Shown: positions 44,927-56,219 of the stretch, piece after piece
Position numbering within the stretch: the stretch's first letter is position 1
Layout of the letters: each line of letters begins with the position of its first letter
From: Corallochytrium limacisporum Hawaii
Taxonomy: Eukaryota > Protista > Pluriformea
Assembly (NCBI GenBank): GCA_002811645.1
Contig: PDIP01000064.1
Span: forward strand, 208,763-272,762
Reading direction: 5' to 3'
Length of the DNA stretch: 64,000 bases
The notes under the pieces: model-generated
The model's database searches: none
What the model was told of the DNA's origin: nothing
The model's input: only the letters and a program-made list of their open reading frames with translations
Translations under genes and position numbers: made by a program

Positions 44927-46019
44927 TTGCCCGAGTATCAGGCATACATCGGTAGCGCAGTCTCATCTGTTCCGCCGGAAAGGTGTGGTATGTTAAGTAC
45001 TGCAAAAACTCCTATATCAACCGGTCAACGGTGCAGTTGGGGTCATTCCCCTGTCGGACTGCGACGAAACTGTTCGGCCGTTGATGCCAACTCCTTTTCA
45101 TCGCAATGGTGGTACGTTTCCTCGGCTTTGAAAATCCTCCGCCTCGAAGATACGCAGGAAGATGCGAACGTACCCGGGGAAGTGGTAGGTGTCTGCCTAC
45201 TCGACGGCGCGAAGGAACATCATTGGACACCACCAAAGGCGAAAATGTTATGTACAAGCGCTCCTGCGCTAGTTCGCAATGGCTTGGTATGCAGGAGGAT
45301 ATTGCAGGGAATGCGAAATATGCCAGAGGACATACCCATTCTACGCAACAACCCATCGTCGTTGGTTATGTTTGCATAATTTTTGCGGCCGACATTCAAG
45401 GCGTTGGAACGGGAAGTAAGTGGTACGCGCCCCCAGTGGCGATGGGGTCGATCTGACGCAAAATTCTCGTGTTTTGCGTTCTTAGGGACGGGCAAGCTGA
45501 ATAGAAGATTTCGAACTAATGAGAAAGATTCACTATTGCTATCTGCAAAGAAAAAACTTCGACTGTCGGGACAGGTGCAGAAATGAAAAAAAAAAAAGAA
45601 AGGCGGGTGAACAAAGAAAAGACGAGAGAGAGAGAGAGAGAGAGAGACGGGGCAGGGGGAGGGGGAAGGTGGAGGGGACGGATCCGCCCGCACAAACATG
45701 GGATGGCCACGAACGAACGAACGTTATGGTGGTGTCTGTCCTGAAAAGTTGTAGTCATTTGCCTGTGGAAACAAGAGACCATTTTTTCAACTGTGTTTGC
45801 GTTGGGGCATGTGGTTCATTGGATACCATTGGCGGACTTTTGAACTGTAGGTCAGGTATTTGGACACAAGATCCCACCCCGCCGAGAACATCGGAGAATG
45901 TTCGGCAGTCAGAACAAGGAATGAAAGTGAATAGACTTGAATACTTCGAGACGTAAAATGGTCAAGATCCATTGACACCGTTTAAAGAACAACAACACAA
46001 ACAACATTCTAAAGAAACC

Positions 46020-47612
46020 ATGATCCCCAACACGATAATGGTGAACGCGGGGCGGCAAATTGCGCCGATACTCAGCAAGGCATATGCAATTCCGCTGGCG
46101 TGCGGAGCCGTCGCAATGATTACCCGGCGTTTTCAAAGTTCCACAGCAGCAGCAGTAGCTGAGGATAAGAACAACAGCCATAATAGTCCGCATTCAGATG
46201 CGAAAACAATGCAACGAACCCCGAGACGTGTTGCACACAAAATCACTCCTGGGTTTTTAGGATCTCTTCCTCGCGAAGACCCATTGGCTGCACTACCAGA
46301 ACAGTACGGCGAATTGGATTCACTGTTGCGTCGCATGACAATTGATCAACGGGACGGGTCTACTGGGTTGCTTGGCTCGGGAACATTTGGAGATACTCTT
46401 AGGGAAGAATTGCCGGAGTACGACCTGTCATCCGTGACCTCTCCGCGACTGCTGGCTGCACTTCACCGTGATCTTTGTTTTGCCGCATCTGCTTTTCTAC
46501 TAGAGCCTTGCGATCGGCACCGTCAGCTGACAGGAAGTTACGGGTTTGCGCTTGGGGCTCTTCCGCGGAATATAGCGGTCCCGCTAGTCACAGTGGAAAA
46601 AAAGCTGGCGAGAACGGCAAGGACTGCTGAACCTTTCTCGGCGGATGATTGTACCCAATCCTGGTATGTCCTCAATAACTATCGCAGAGTAGACCAGTCC
46701 AAGGGACATGAGATGTCAAATCTTCGGTTAGTTCGAGCATTTGATGGCAGTGACAGCGAGGCAAACTTCGTCTTGGCCCATGTCGCTATTGTGGGCCACA
46801 GTGGGAGACTCGTAGTGGGCACGGACGAAACGCTCAATGGTTTAATTAGTAAGAATCGTAGCGAATTCAACGTCGGTTTGGACACGATATACACTTCCTT
46901 GCAACGAATCAATGCCAACATGGCCGGCATGGCGGCCGTCGATCGGTTAAAGGAGTATCTTCCTTTCCGTACGTACATGATGGGTGCTGGGAACGAATTC
47001 GGAGCTTCCCTCTTCCCGAATGGTGTCCTCCTCGAGGGTGTAAGTGCAAAACCACGTTATTTCTGGGATCGAAAGAGTGCGTCGGCGGCAAACAAACATA
47101 AGAGCGATGATGCCATCATGCCGACCTGTGACAATCTCTTTCAGATTCCAACCATGACCAGCAATGACTTGCTGACTGCAGTGGTTTTCAAGGATGGTCC
47201 GCAGTCCTCGTCTCCACATCAGCAGGACTTCGAATGGCTGCAAGGTGTCAAACGGCAAGCAAGGAAACACGACATTGTGGGATTCGGGACAGAAGACGCA
47301 GAGTCGACGCTGAAAATGATGCGAGTCCTTGACCAGGTCCGAGAATTTAGACAGAGAGCTTGGGTCCACACAAGAGACTCTTTGCTCAGACATCCAGAGG
47401 TTACCGCGACGACAAACGCTCCGTACTGGTTACCGAATGAACTGCATGCTGTGCTCTTACACATGGAGCAAATATCAGAGCGTCTAAACTCTGCCTTATC
47501 CTCCAAGGACATCACTTCTGAACAAGAAAGCGAGATACGTAGACTGAGCCAGCAGGCTGTATCAGACAGGGGCACGCTTCTGCATGAGGTGCGAAAGATT
47601 CTGAACAACTGA
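46020..47612 (+). CDS. Indoleamine 2,3-dioxygenase family protein (IDO-gamma/protist type), divergent, probably mitochondrial and possibly inactive
   Basis: GFLGSLPREDPLAALPEQY, HRDLCFAASAFLLEPC, LPRNIAVPL, YVLNNY, RAFDGSDSEANFVLAHV, FRTYMMG, FPNGVLLEGVS, IMPTCDNLFQI and WLPNEL. Presequence-like MITRRFQSS. First ATG at 46020. Confidence 0.85.
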   Translation: MIPNTIMVNAGRQIAPILSKAYAIPLACGAVAMITRRFQSSTAAAVAEDKNNSHNSPHSDAKTMQRTPRRVAHKITPGFLGSLPREDPLAALPEQYGELDSLLRRMTIDQRDGSTGLLGSGTFGDTLREELPEYDLSSVTSPRLLAALHRDLCFAASAFLLEPCDRHRQLTGSYGFALGALPRNIAVPLVTVEKKLARTARTAEPFSADDCTQSWYVLNNYRRVDQSKGHEMSNLRLVRAFDGSDSEANFVLAHVAIVGHSGRLVVGTDETLNGLISKNRSEFNVGLDTIYTSLQRINANMAGMAAVDRLKEYLPFRTYMMGAGNEFGASLFPNGVLLEGVSAKPRYFWDRKSASAANKHKSDDAIMPTCDNLFQIPTMTSNDLLTAVVFKDGPQSSSPHQQDFEWLQGVKRQARKHDIVGFGTEDAESTLKMMRVLDQVREFRQRAWVHTRDSLLRHPEVTATTNAPYWLPNELHAVLLHMEQISERLNSALSSKDITSEQESEIRRLSQQAVSDRGTLLHEVRKILNN

Positions 47613-49374
47613 ACTGATCAAGAGTGGGTGTACAGTACTCTGCTAGCCGCATTGGCTACCCGAGGACCCTTTCGCCAGTCGTTGAACTGGTTTGTCCGCC
47701 CCCCTCCCTCCCTTTCCTCTCTTACCAACCTGGTCCTTCCCCGCGACCTGGAAAGAAAGACAACTGTTTACTTTTGTGGGTTGGCATGAAGTCCTAAGAC
47801 CCTACTGTACAGCAGTAATCATCATGAGAAGTGAAATGGCCAGCATTTACCAACTAGCGAAACTTCTCCGGCGACCTTTGAAGCCACAATAGACATCGTA
47901 TTGATCAACAGCCTGAGAGGCAGCTCTCATCCGCATTTCGTTTGTTAGACCTCCCTTCCACATTTGATCACCGTGTTCATTGTTGTTTGATTGCATAGTT
48001 ACATCCAATATCCGAAGTTCAAGGGATTCAACATTTGCAATTGAAACAACACTGGACATCTGACAAGGCGAAGGTGATGGACACTGAGCAGATGAGGCAT
48101 GTCCAATATGAGAAAGTGAAAGAACTGTGGACAGTAGCAGATGGATAGTGTACTGTCCCTGAGATACTTGAATGCTGCCCTCGCGCATTAATGAAGGAGA
48201 CCGTTCTCCTTTCGCCTGTTTCCTACCATGCAACCAACCGTACTGCTCGGATTTCAATGACCCACGGTCGTACCACATATGCTTTGTGGCGAATGCGAAT
48301 CCAACGCCTAACAAAATTCTCTAGGGGTTGTGGCCATTAGTTTTTCGGGTCACCGTGCGAGTCACATGCACCAGACAAACTGGGGCACTCCAAGAGTGCA
48401 GAATTTCAAAACCACCTTCACAGCTACCATCATGTCTGAATTGTCTCTATTGACCGGGCTCCGGGCTCCCTGTGGTTTTAAGATGTATTCGTTCACTGGT
48501 AGTAAGCATAAGCCCAGGTCATTGGTTTTGGTCCGCTGTGTGGTGGATGTGTGCTGGAACCAAGAGACTTGTCTCCGCTCCCAAACCGCCTCCCAACCCC
48601 ATGCATGCATGCTACCCCAGATTCTTAGACACACATCCACCGCAAGTAGCCGGCACGAACAAGCCCGCCCTTGTTGCTCCTTGTTGAAGCGAAGCAGCGC
48701 GCCTCTGATCACATAGATTCTCCTCCATTTGTGACTGGCCAAATGTGGCAGCGGATTCGCAATTCGATAGCAAAATTCATATGGTTTCACCATTCTTTAT
48801 AGTTCAGCCCTTCAGCTAGTTCTCCAAATCAGTCTTCTACGAAGTTGATAGGTCTTCGGCACTATGATGAGTCTTGGCGGATGAACGGTAAATTAAGAAT
48901 GAACTGCCTGTTACGCACGCATCGGGAGAGAAATCTAGATAGAGCTATCACTTCACGATTGTGGTCTATCCTTCTTTTGTGAACTATGTTGGCGGGCATG
49001 AGAGAATCTCTTAATCCAAAACAAACGGAAGCCCCCGCGGCGGTGGGTGGAGGTGTCAACTAAGGCACCAAGAACATGAACGAGCCGGGCCTTGCCCTAC
49101 CCCACTCCTTTCAACACTCCAACATACGACTTGTTGAATCGGGTTTGTGACATAATACACAATTTGCGTGGTATACTCACCGATTGTCGATTTGCACAGG
49201 ACTTATTAACGAAGACCTACACAGTTCTGCATCGCTTTTTGGGTTCCCATGTCTTTTTTCGTCCGCGATGTGCACCCTCGATGGGCGTCCGATGGGTGTT
49301 TTTCGCAATGCTACAGTATCACACAGCCGTACCAAATTCTGCTAATGCGCATCCGGTGACATAGTTGTGGAATA

Positions 49375-50776
49375 CCACCCTCTGTCTCATAATATTAGGC
49401 CGAATCTATTCAAATCACATTCATTCGAATCCCGACCGCTGTGGCGGGAAACATNNNNNNNNNNNNNNNNNNNNNNNNNNNNNNNNNNNNNNNNNNNNNN
49501 NNNNNNNNNNNNNNNNNNNNNNNNNNNNNNNNNNNNNNNNNNNNNNNNNNNNNNNNNNNNNNNNNNNNNNNNNNNNNNNNNNNNNNNNNNNNNNNNNNNN
49601 NNNNNNNNNNNNNNNNNNNNNNNNNNNNNNNNNNNNNNNNNNNNNNNNNNNNNNNNNNNNNNNNNNNNNNNNNNNNNNNNNNNNNNNNNNNNNNNNNNNN
49701 NNNNNNNNNNNNNNNNNNNNNNNNNNNNNNNNNNNNNNNNNNNNNNNNNNNNNNNNNNNNNNNNNNNNNNNNNNNNNNNNNNNNNNNNNNNNNNNNNNNN
49801 NNNNNNNNNNNNNNNNNNNNNNNNNNNNNNNNNNNNNNNNNNNNNNNNNNNNNNNNNNNNNNNNNNNNNNNNNNNNNNNNNNNNNNNNNNNNNNNNNNNN
49901 NNNNNNNNNNNNNNNNNNNNNNNNNNNNNNNNNNNNNNNNNNNNNNNNNNNNNNNNNNNNNNNNNNNNNNNNNNNNNNNNNNNNNNNNNNNNNNNNNNNN
50001 NNNNNNNNNNNNNNNNNNNNNNNNNNNNNNNNNNNNNNNNNNNNNNNNNNNNNNNNNNNNNNNNNNNNNNNNNNNNNNNNNNNNNNNNNNNNNNNNNNNN
50101 NNNNNNNNNNNNNNNNNNNNNNNNNNNNNNNNNNNNNNNNNNNNNNNNNNNNNNNNNNNNNNNNNNNNNNNNNNNNNNNNNNNNNNNNNNNNNNNNNNNN
50201 NNNNNNNNNNNNNNNNNNNNNNNNNNNNNNNNNNNNNNNNNNNNNNNNNNNNNNNNNNNNNNNNNNNNNNNNNNNNNNNNNNNNNNNNNNNNNNNNNNNN
50301 NNNNNNNNNNNNNNNNNNNNNNNNNNNNNNNNNNNNNNNNNNNNNNNNNNNNNNNNNNNNNNNNNNNNNNNNNNNNNNNNNNNNNNNNNNNNNNNNNNNN
50401 NNNNNNNNNNNNNNNNNNNNNNNNNNNNNNNNNNNNNNNNNNNNNNNNNNNACAATGTTTCTTCGCCATCAAACCCGACATGGATGTATTTTAGACATTG
50501 TTTTTCTTCATGGTAGTGATGGATGTGGACAAAAAAATTTTTTCGACGACTACGAGATCTTCGATGTCAAGTTAATGTGAAAAGGCTCAATTTTTTGAAG
50601 TACACTTAAGTGTTTATTCAATCCGTAAACGAAATATTTGAAATTGATTTGGTGTATAATGATATTTAATAATAATGATAATAATCAAAATATATATTAC
50701 TCAATCATGATTAAAAAGAGTGATCGGGGTTCTCGTTTTCGTGCGATTTGTCTCATACTTAGGAGACAGAGGGTGG
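49375..50776. mobile_element. Tc1/mariner-type (Stowaway-like) TIR element with TA target-site duplication; interior mostly in an assembly gap
   Basis: Left end TA|CCACCCTCTGTCTC (49375-49388), right end GAGACAGAGGGTGG|TA (50763-50776): a perfect 14-bp inverted repeat with further imperfect pairing inward. The interior is AT-rich, with an N gap at 49455-50451. Confidence 0.75.
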
Positions 50777-52592
50777 TACTTCCAAGTTAACATTGTCAGG
50801 CTCTCATTCGGCCATTGGAGACCAATAGACCCGTACTGGTATGCGAAGTTCTTGGAAACACCACCACTGCCATATATAGGCCTTATACTTCCTCCTTTAG
50901 GACCAGTTCGCTGTGAAATCAAAAAAGGAAGGTGCATGAAGCAAATTTCACCCTTTGAATTTCACATGAGGACACCGGCTCTCAGGACTTTGGTGGTAAT
51001 ACTCACAACCCACTGACTCTGTTAGCAAGGTGTGAAGTAGCATGACGTGTAAATTGGGAGCTTCGCATTTGCCTTTCTCTCCCCTCGGAGAGCATTGCGG
51101 TTGGAGGCACAAAGTCTATCCCATTCTACACCGCAGGGGACGTTCCAACCGCTGTCTGTCAAAGGTGTATGCTTCTTTTCTTTTTCTTGCGCCCAAAATG
51201 TAAATTGCCTCAGCCGTCAAGGGAACACTCGTCGCCCAAAGCCTCTCCGCCTTTGAATTTCCATCCCGGCCCGATGTGCCCGTTGTACATGAGGGTAGGG
51301 GCGCGTGGTGTCCGCAAGTTGGGTGCAATTGTGTTGGTGGCGCAAAACCGTGTGTCATTCAAGTTTGGCGCGTGTGGTTGAGCTCTGAGCAGGTGGATGT
51401 TGACGCAGGTGAGAAACCATGAAGCGCACAGTATTGCATTGTTTCAAGTTTACTCGCTATGATGCAATAGTGTGTGGTTAGTACGTTCACACATGTGGCT
51501 AGAGTTTGTGTGTGGTTTTATACAGCAACACATCAAATAAAATCCAAGAAAGACGCAAACAAACAGGGAATGGAAATAAAGTGACAAATATGTAAATCTA
51601 GAAGGCAAAATAAGAAATATAGCTATCTGTTCCTAAAAGAATTCAATAAATATCCCAATCATTCAAACCTCACGCGCCGTGCCCTCGGACGATTTTTCTC
51701 CCACATACTGGACCTTATTCACCGACTGTTCGCTCGCAGAGAGCCCAGTATGGGCTGTAAATTGCGATGCCCAGGAGAAGCCGAGTGGCTATTGAAGCCT
51801 CACAGGTGACCTAGTAAGGAGGAGTTTCTTATGGGTTAGTGTAGCATGGAAAGTTCCTGGGAAGGCACACGCATGAAGAGTGAGCTCCGGGCTACTTTCA
51901 ATTTGCCATGAAGGACGGGTTTGTGCTCCTCGGTACGCATAGGGATGGATCTCTTTGCCCACAGTGCGGTGCCTGCCATCGGGAAGCAGCTTTGAATGAG
52001 AGGACTGGTTCAATATTTAAAACCCCGAGTGCGCGCGCATCCTATTCATTTGAAGAACAGGAGGTACAAGGACGAATCACACTATTCGGAGAGTAGCCCC
52101 AGGAAAAGAACTGGTTGGTCACGTACCCGTGCACTCCACTTTGATTCTCTCATGGGATGGAAAAGTCTGCGGAGTGGCGGTCGCTGATGAGGGTTGAAGC
52201 TTAGGTGCCCCCACCAGCAGGGGGGGAAGCAGAAGAGGGGGGGGAGGAGAGGACGGGAAGGGGAGAAGACCTGCCCTTGGCAGCTGCCGCAATGTTCGAA
52301 GACCATCGGGTCTTGGTCAATTGCAACTCCCAAGAAGATAAATCATTCATGTCCATCAGAATTCATAAGTATAACAAAGTTTCAACTACTATAATTTGAT
52401 TAGTATTAGGTTTTTTTTGCATTTCGCAATGAGTACACACACACATCCGGGTACTAGATGCACACGTTGGAGATAAAGTGTGAGTGAAGACACACCTTGA
52501 TCATACAGTTACCAATCTTACCAAAAGACAGTGTGTAAAATATGAACAGTATTGATATTGTATAAGAGCATAGTTTGCTAATGTAAGTCGGC

Positions 52593-54575
52593 ATGAATCC
52601 CATAAACGAAGGCTCAAAGCCTCCGTTGAGCTACTATGAACAGTCGAGTACTTTGCCTCAGGATATAGATCCGCAACACTTTGAGCAACTGGTGAAAGAA
52701 GGAAAGCTTATAAGAGCTGAAAAACCAGCGTATGCTAAGCTAGTGGGCGATGGTGGAGCAATTTTCTACGTTACGAAGATCCCTCTTATCATTGGAGAAA
52801 GTAAGGAGCTGGACGCAGGGAGTGTCGCTTCTTGGGTAGTTCCTGCAACTAAAGACTATGAGGTCCACGTCGACTACGTAGCAACACACAGATGTTTTTC
52901 ACTCACGGTCCACAGTGAACGGAATATCAAAGTTAATGGGCAGTCAGTTTCTCGCAGTCATGCTCCGGTAAGTTTGTATAATGCAAGTGTGCTTGAGTTT
53001 GGCAACTTCTGGCTGTACTTCCTCTTGCCGCAAGGCCCTGTTCTCCCAGAGGCGCCTACGGAGTGGTTAGGTGCTCAAGGATATGCAACAATGCATCCCA
53101 TCCAGAGTACTGCTTCTGCGGAACAGATAAGACAAAGCGAGGCACTCCAAACATCTCAATTCGAATCTTTTCATGGACGGACTGGCACCGTCATGTCGTT
53201 GCCGGGGACCCCCGCCAACGACCCGCCCGCGTTAGTCCATATGCCGGGAGTCGGTCAACCCAGTATGCGAATACACGGGGCAGTCCACACAATCGGGTCA
53301 AAGGGAGACATACCCAGGTATTTTACGGACCCCAATGTAAAGCCCCCGTTCAGCTATGCCAAACTGATTGCAAAGGCTATTCTTTCTTCTCCAGGCAGGA
53401 AGGCCACCCTCAGCTCCATTTACAACAACATCATGACCACTTATCCGTTCTTCCGTCATGCCGACAACAATTGGCAGAACAGTGTACGGCATAATCTAAG
53501 CCTAAATCATGGATTCATTAAGATCCCGAGGCAGGAAAACGAACCTGGAAAAGGAACATTCTGGGCAATCACGGACGAATATGCCAGACAATTGCTCAGT
53601 GACGACAACAACGGCAGACGAGGCGGCAAAGGACCCCGTGCGCGCACCAAGGCAACGAGGTCTGGACCACAGCAAAAGAAATACTTTGGCCCGGGGACTG
53701 GTCAACTTGGAGTCACCACCAGTGCGGTCAGCTACCAAACGTGGTCTGGCTATCATATGACAACTAGAACAACTGGAACGGATCCGGTTTATCAGCAACC
53801 ATCAGGTCACCACAGGTCTCATCACAGTGAGCGCCCCATGCCTCCCATGAGTGCTCGATCGTCTGGATATTATTCCGGAGCTCACGGTATGCCTCATCAA
53901 CAACTTAATAAGGAAGCCGGTCATCGTCAGGTGACAATCGCTCCAGTACCGTATATGCAGCAGTATCCGAACGTCGGACAGCCTAGATCGGGTATTAGTA
54001 CGTCTGCAACACATCTCCAGCAGTCTGGACACCTCTCTGGATATGCACACGTCCACAGTGGTCTATATCCACAACAAACACCACCTCATCAACATATGAA
54101 CCCACCACACGGATTCGCCACTGCAGCAAATGCATCACAATACACGGCAGGTGGATCAGTAAGCACCGCATTGCCTCATCCAAGACCGGCAGCAGGGCCT
54201 GAGAAAAGGGTAGACTCTGATGAATATGCTCTGTCACACAGACAGAAGCAAGTCCCCGATAAAGGAAGACCACCCAAGGACCAAACACGGGCCTACGCGG
54301 ATGGCGTTCGAACTGGTGGACAAATTGGCGGTGTTCCACCCCAGCATGGAGGTGTCAGCTACGAATGCATCGATGGCTCCGGGTCTTCCGTACCTCCACC
54401 AACTTACAATTCAGAGCCCACAGGCACAGATTCATTGCAAAGGCAAGAGCAACAGCAAACGCAGCAGCTTGAGCAGAACAGGCGAAGCTCTCCGCTTGCT
54501 CAACAAATACGGAGTACTCCTCAGGAGTCCTCTCTCCACCAGAAACGTCAGCAAGGGCAGTATCATCCATATTAA
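52593..54575 (+). CDS. Forkhead transcription factor with an N-terminal degenerate FHA domain (FoxK / fungal Fkh1-2 type)
   Basis: Forkhead KPPFSYAKLIAKAILSSP...IYNNIMTTYPFFR...WQNSVRHNLSLNHGFIKIPR...PGKGTFW. FHA-like AYAKLVG...IIG...IKVNG...LEFG. Q/H/P-rich C-tail. Confidence 0.94.
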   Translation: MNPINEGSKPPLSYYEQSSTLPQDIDPQHFEQLVKEGKLIRAEKPAYAKLVGDGGAIFYVTKIPLIIGESKELDAGSVASWVVPATKDYEVHVDYVATHRCFSLTVHSERNIKVNGQSVSRSHAPVSLYNASVLEFGNFWLYFLLPQGPVLPEAPTEWLGAQGYATMHPIQSTASAEQIRQSEALQTSQFESFHGRTGTVMSLPGTPANDPPALVHMPGVGQPSMRIHGAVHTIGSKGDIPRYFTDPNVKPPFSYAKLIAKAILSSPGRKATLSSIYNNIMTTYPFFRHADNNWQNSVRHNLSLNHGFIKIPRQENEPGKGTFWAITDEYARQLLSDDNNGRRGGKGPRARTKATRSGPQQKKYFGPGTGQLGVTTSAVSYQTWSGYHMTTRTTGTDPVYQQPSGHHRSHHSERPMPPMSARSSGYYSGAHGMPHQQLNKEAGHRQVTIAPVPYMQQYPNVGQPRSGISTSATHLQQSGHLSGYAHVHSGLYPQQTPPHQHMNPPHGFATAANASQYTAGGSVSTALPHPRPAAGPEKRVDSDEYALSHRQKQVPDKGRPPKDQTRAYADGVRTGGQIGGVPPQHGGVSYECIDGSGSSVPPPTYNSEPTGTDSLQRQEQQQTQQLEQNRRSSPLAQQIRSTPQESSLHQKRQQGQYHPY

Positions 54576-55126
54576 GATCAATGGGTCACTTCATCACACA
54601 ACCAGGAATACGATCGTGAAAATCCCGAAGTACCCAACTACCAAGGACAGCAATCAATGGCTTCGGAAGTCTATGCCAAATTCAATAGCCACCACAGACT
54701 CGCTTGGGACCGAGGACACAGCCTAAAGACTCAAGTCATACTGATATTTCTAATCACAATAGTGAAACTCCCCAAAGTTAGGGTAAAATGATACCCATAG
54801 CAGCAAGCTTGAAGTGCGTCTGCACTACCAAGCAGAAGGAGTTGGGCTGTCGGGGTCATGCAGAAGCATGAAGGGACTCGGTGTCGGTCTTTGTAGTGGT
54901 GTTCTGGTTCTGAGTTTTGGTGGTGTGGCACCAAGTATTTGTTCTAAAAGCTATCTCGTGGATGAAAGGAAGGACGGGACAGGAATCAGGTTGTTAGAGA
55001 TGGATGCTGGCTGGGACATCGTATCATGATATTGTGTTCGGAATTTTCAAGAGATACGTGTTGACGCATGAAACTTATTGCAGGCGGTATGCGAACAGGT
55101 CTAGAAGAAAATTATGCTTGTCTTAA

Positions 55127-55261
55127 CGTGACAACCATTTAGACGCCGTTGCCGTTGGCGAAGCCAGCACAAATAAAGAGCACAGCGCCGTGTCCTCAGA
55201 TGTGTCCTACATGGAGAAAGACGATGCCAAGAAGGTGGCCTCCGCCACTGAAGTCGCCTAG
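55127..55261 (+). pseudogene. Possible orphan 3' gene fragment (no upstream start, coding-like codon usage)
   Basis: RDNHLDAVAVGEASTNKEHSAVSSDVSYMEKDDAKKVASATEVA* begins right after an in-frame TAA and is followed by 3'UTR-like AT-rich sequence. Confidence 0.3.
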
Positions 55262-56219
55262 AACAGCTTGGTATGAACTAAACAAACCGCTCATGGATCA
55301 TTGTATTAAAGAATCAACTCATTAAAGAATCAACAGTGTGTGGTACATACAAAAATTTCATTCTCCTCGATCTTCAAATCAAACCAAATTAGCTGTGGCC
55401 CTGAATAATGTGCTGAACATAGCAGAGATCTTGTGCGCCTTTGATATTGACGGACTGTGAATAACCGCCAAATTCTATACCTTACCAGCGACATTAGTTG
55501 TAATGCTCTCTCCATCAACGGTCACGTCATCTATATCCCCTTTCATGACTACTCCGGCAACAGCAGGGATGGCCCCCATGGAATCAAGTGCATTGAATCT
55601 TTTCTCCTTCAGTCCTGCGTCAGCGCTGTAGATCTTTCCGCGTGGATTTTGGTGAGCAACTTTCTGCACAGTGCTGATCGGGCGACTCTGATGTCTTTAT
55701 TTTCTTCTCGTGAAAGCAAAGTGTTTCCAAATAAAGAGACAATAAACTGCACGCGGAGTGGGCCACCGACTTGCCCCCCTCCGCTTCTCTATACTGGTGG
55801 TGGTACCCTGTTTCTTTAGTCCATAGTTTTATCCATATGCTCACGATTGTCAAAGTAATTCTGCAACCATAAAAATTCCTTTCGTTGTTTTCCCTTCATT
55901 TTTTCTTTCCATATTGAAATCTTGTCTTGGTGGGGGACCCCGACGGATCTTAGGAAGACTCGGGTCTTATATATGAAAGAGGAAATTAGTACGAGTCGCG
56001 TCATCTAGCGATCAATGCGAAGTCAAAAATTGCTCAGATCCGGATATCCCCTTGGGAAACCAGCCACTGGGGATCATCATTCCTCGTAGGCCCATCTATT
56101 TAAGAGGGACTGAGTGGTCTTCCTGAGAAGTGCCAGATCTCCATAAACAATGTCTAACGAAGGAAGCACATAACTGCAAACAACCCTTCACTTGACTATC
56201 TAGAGCCAAGATTTCTTGA

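Noticed and set aside
49365-50580. Long ORFs spanning N runs (also 37844-38662 and 43241-43754)
   Set aside because: They are open only because N codons translate as X.
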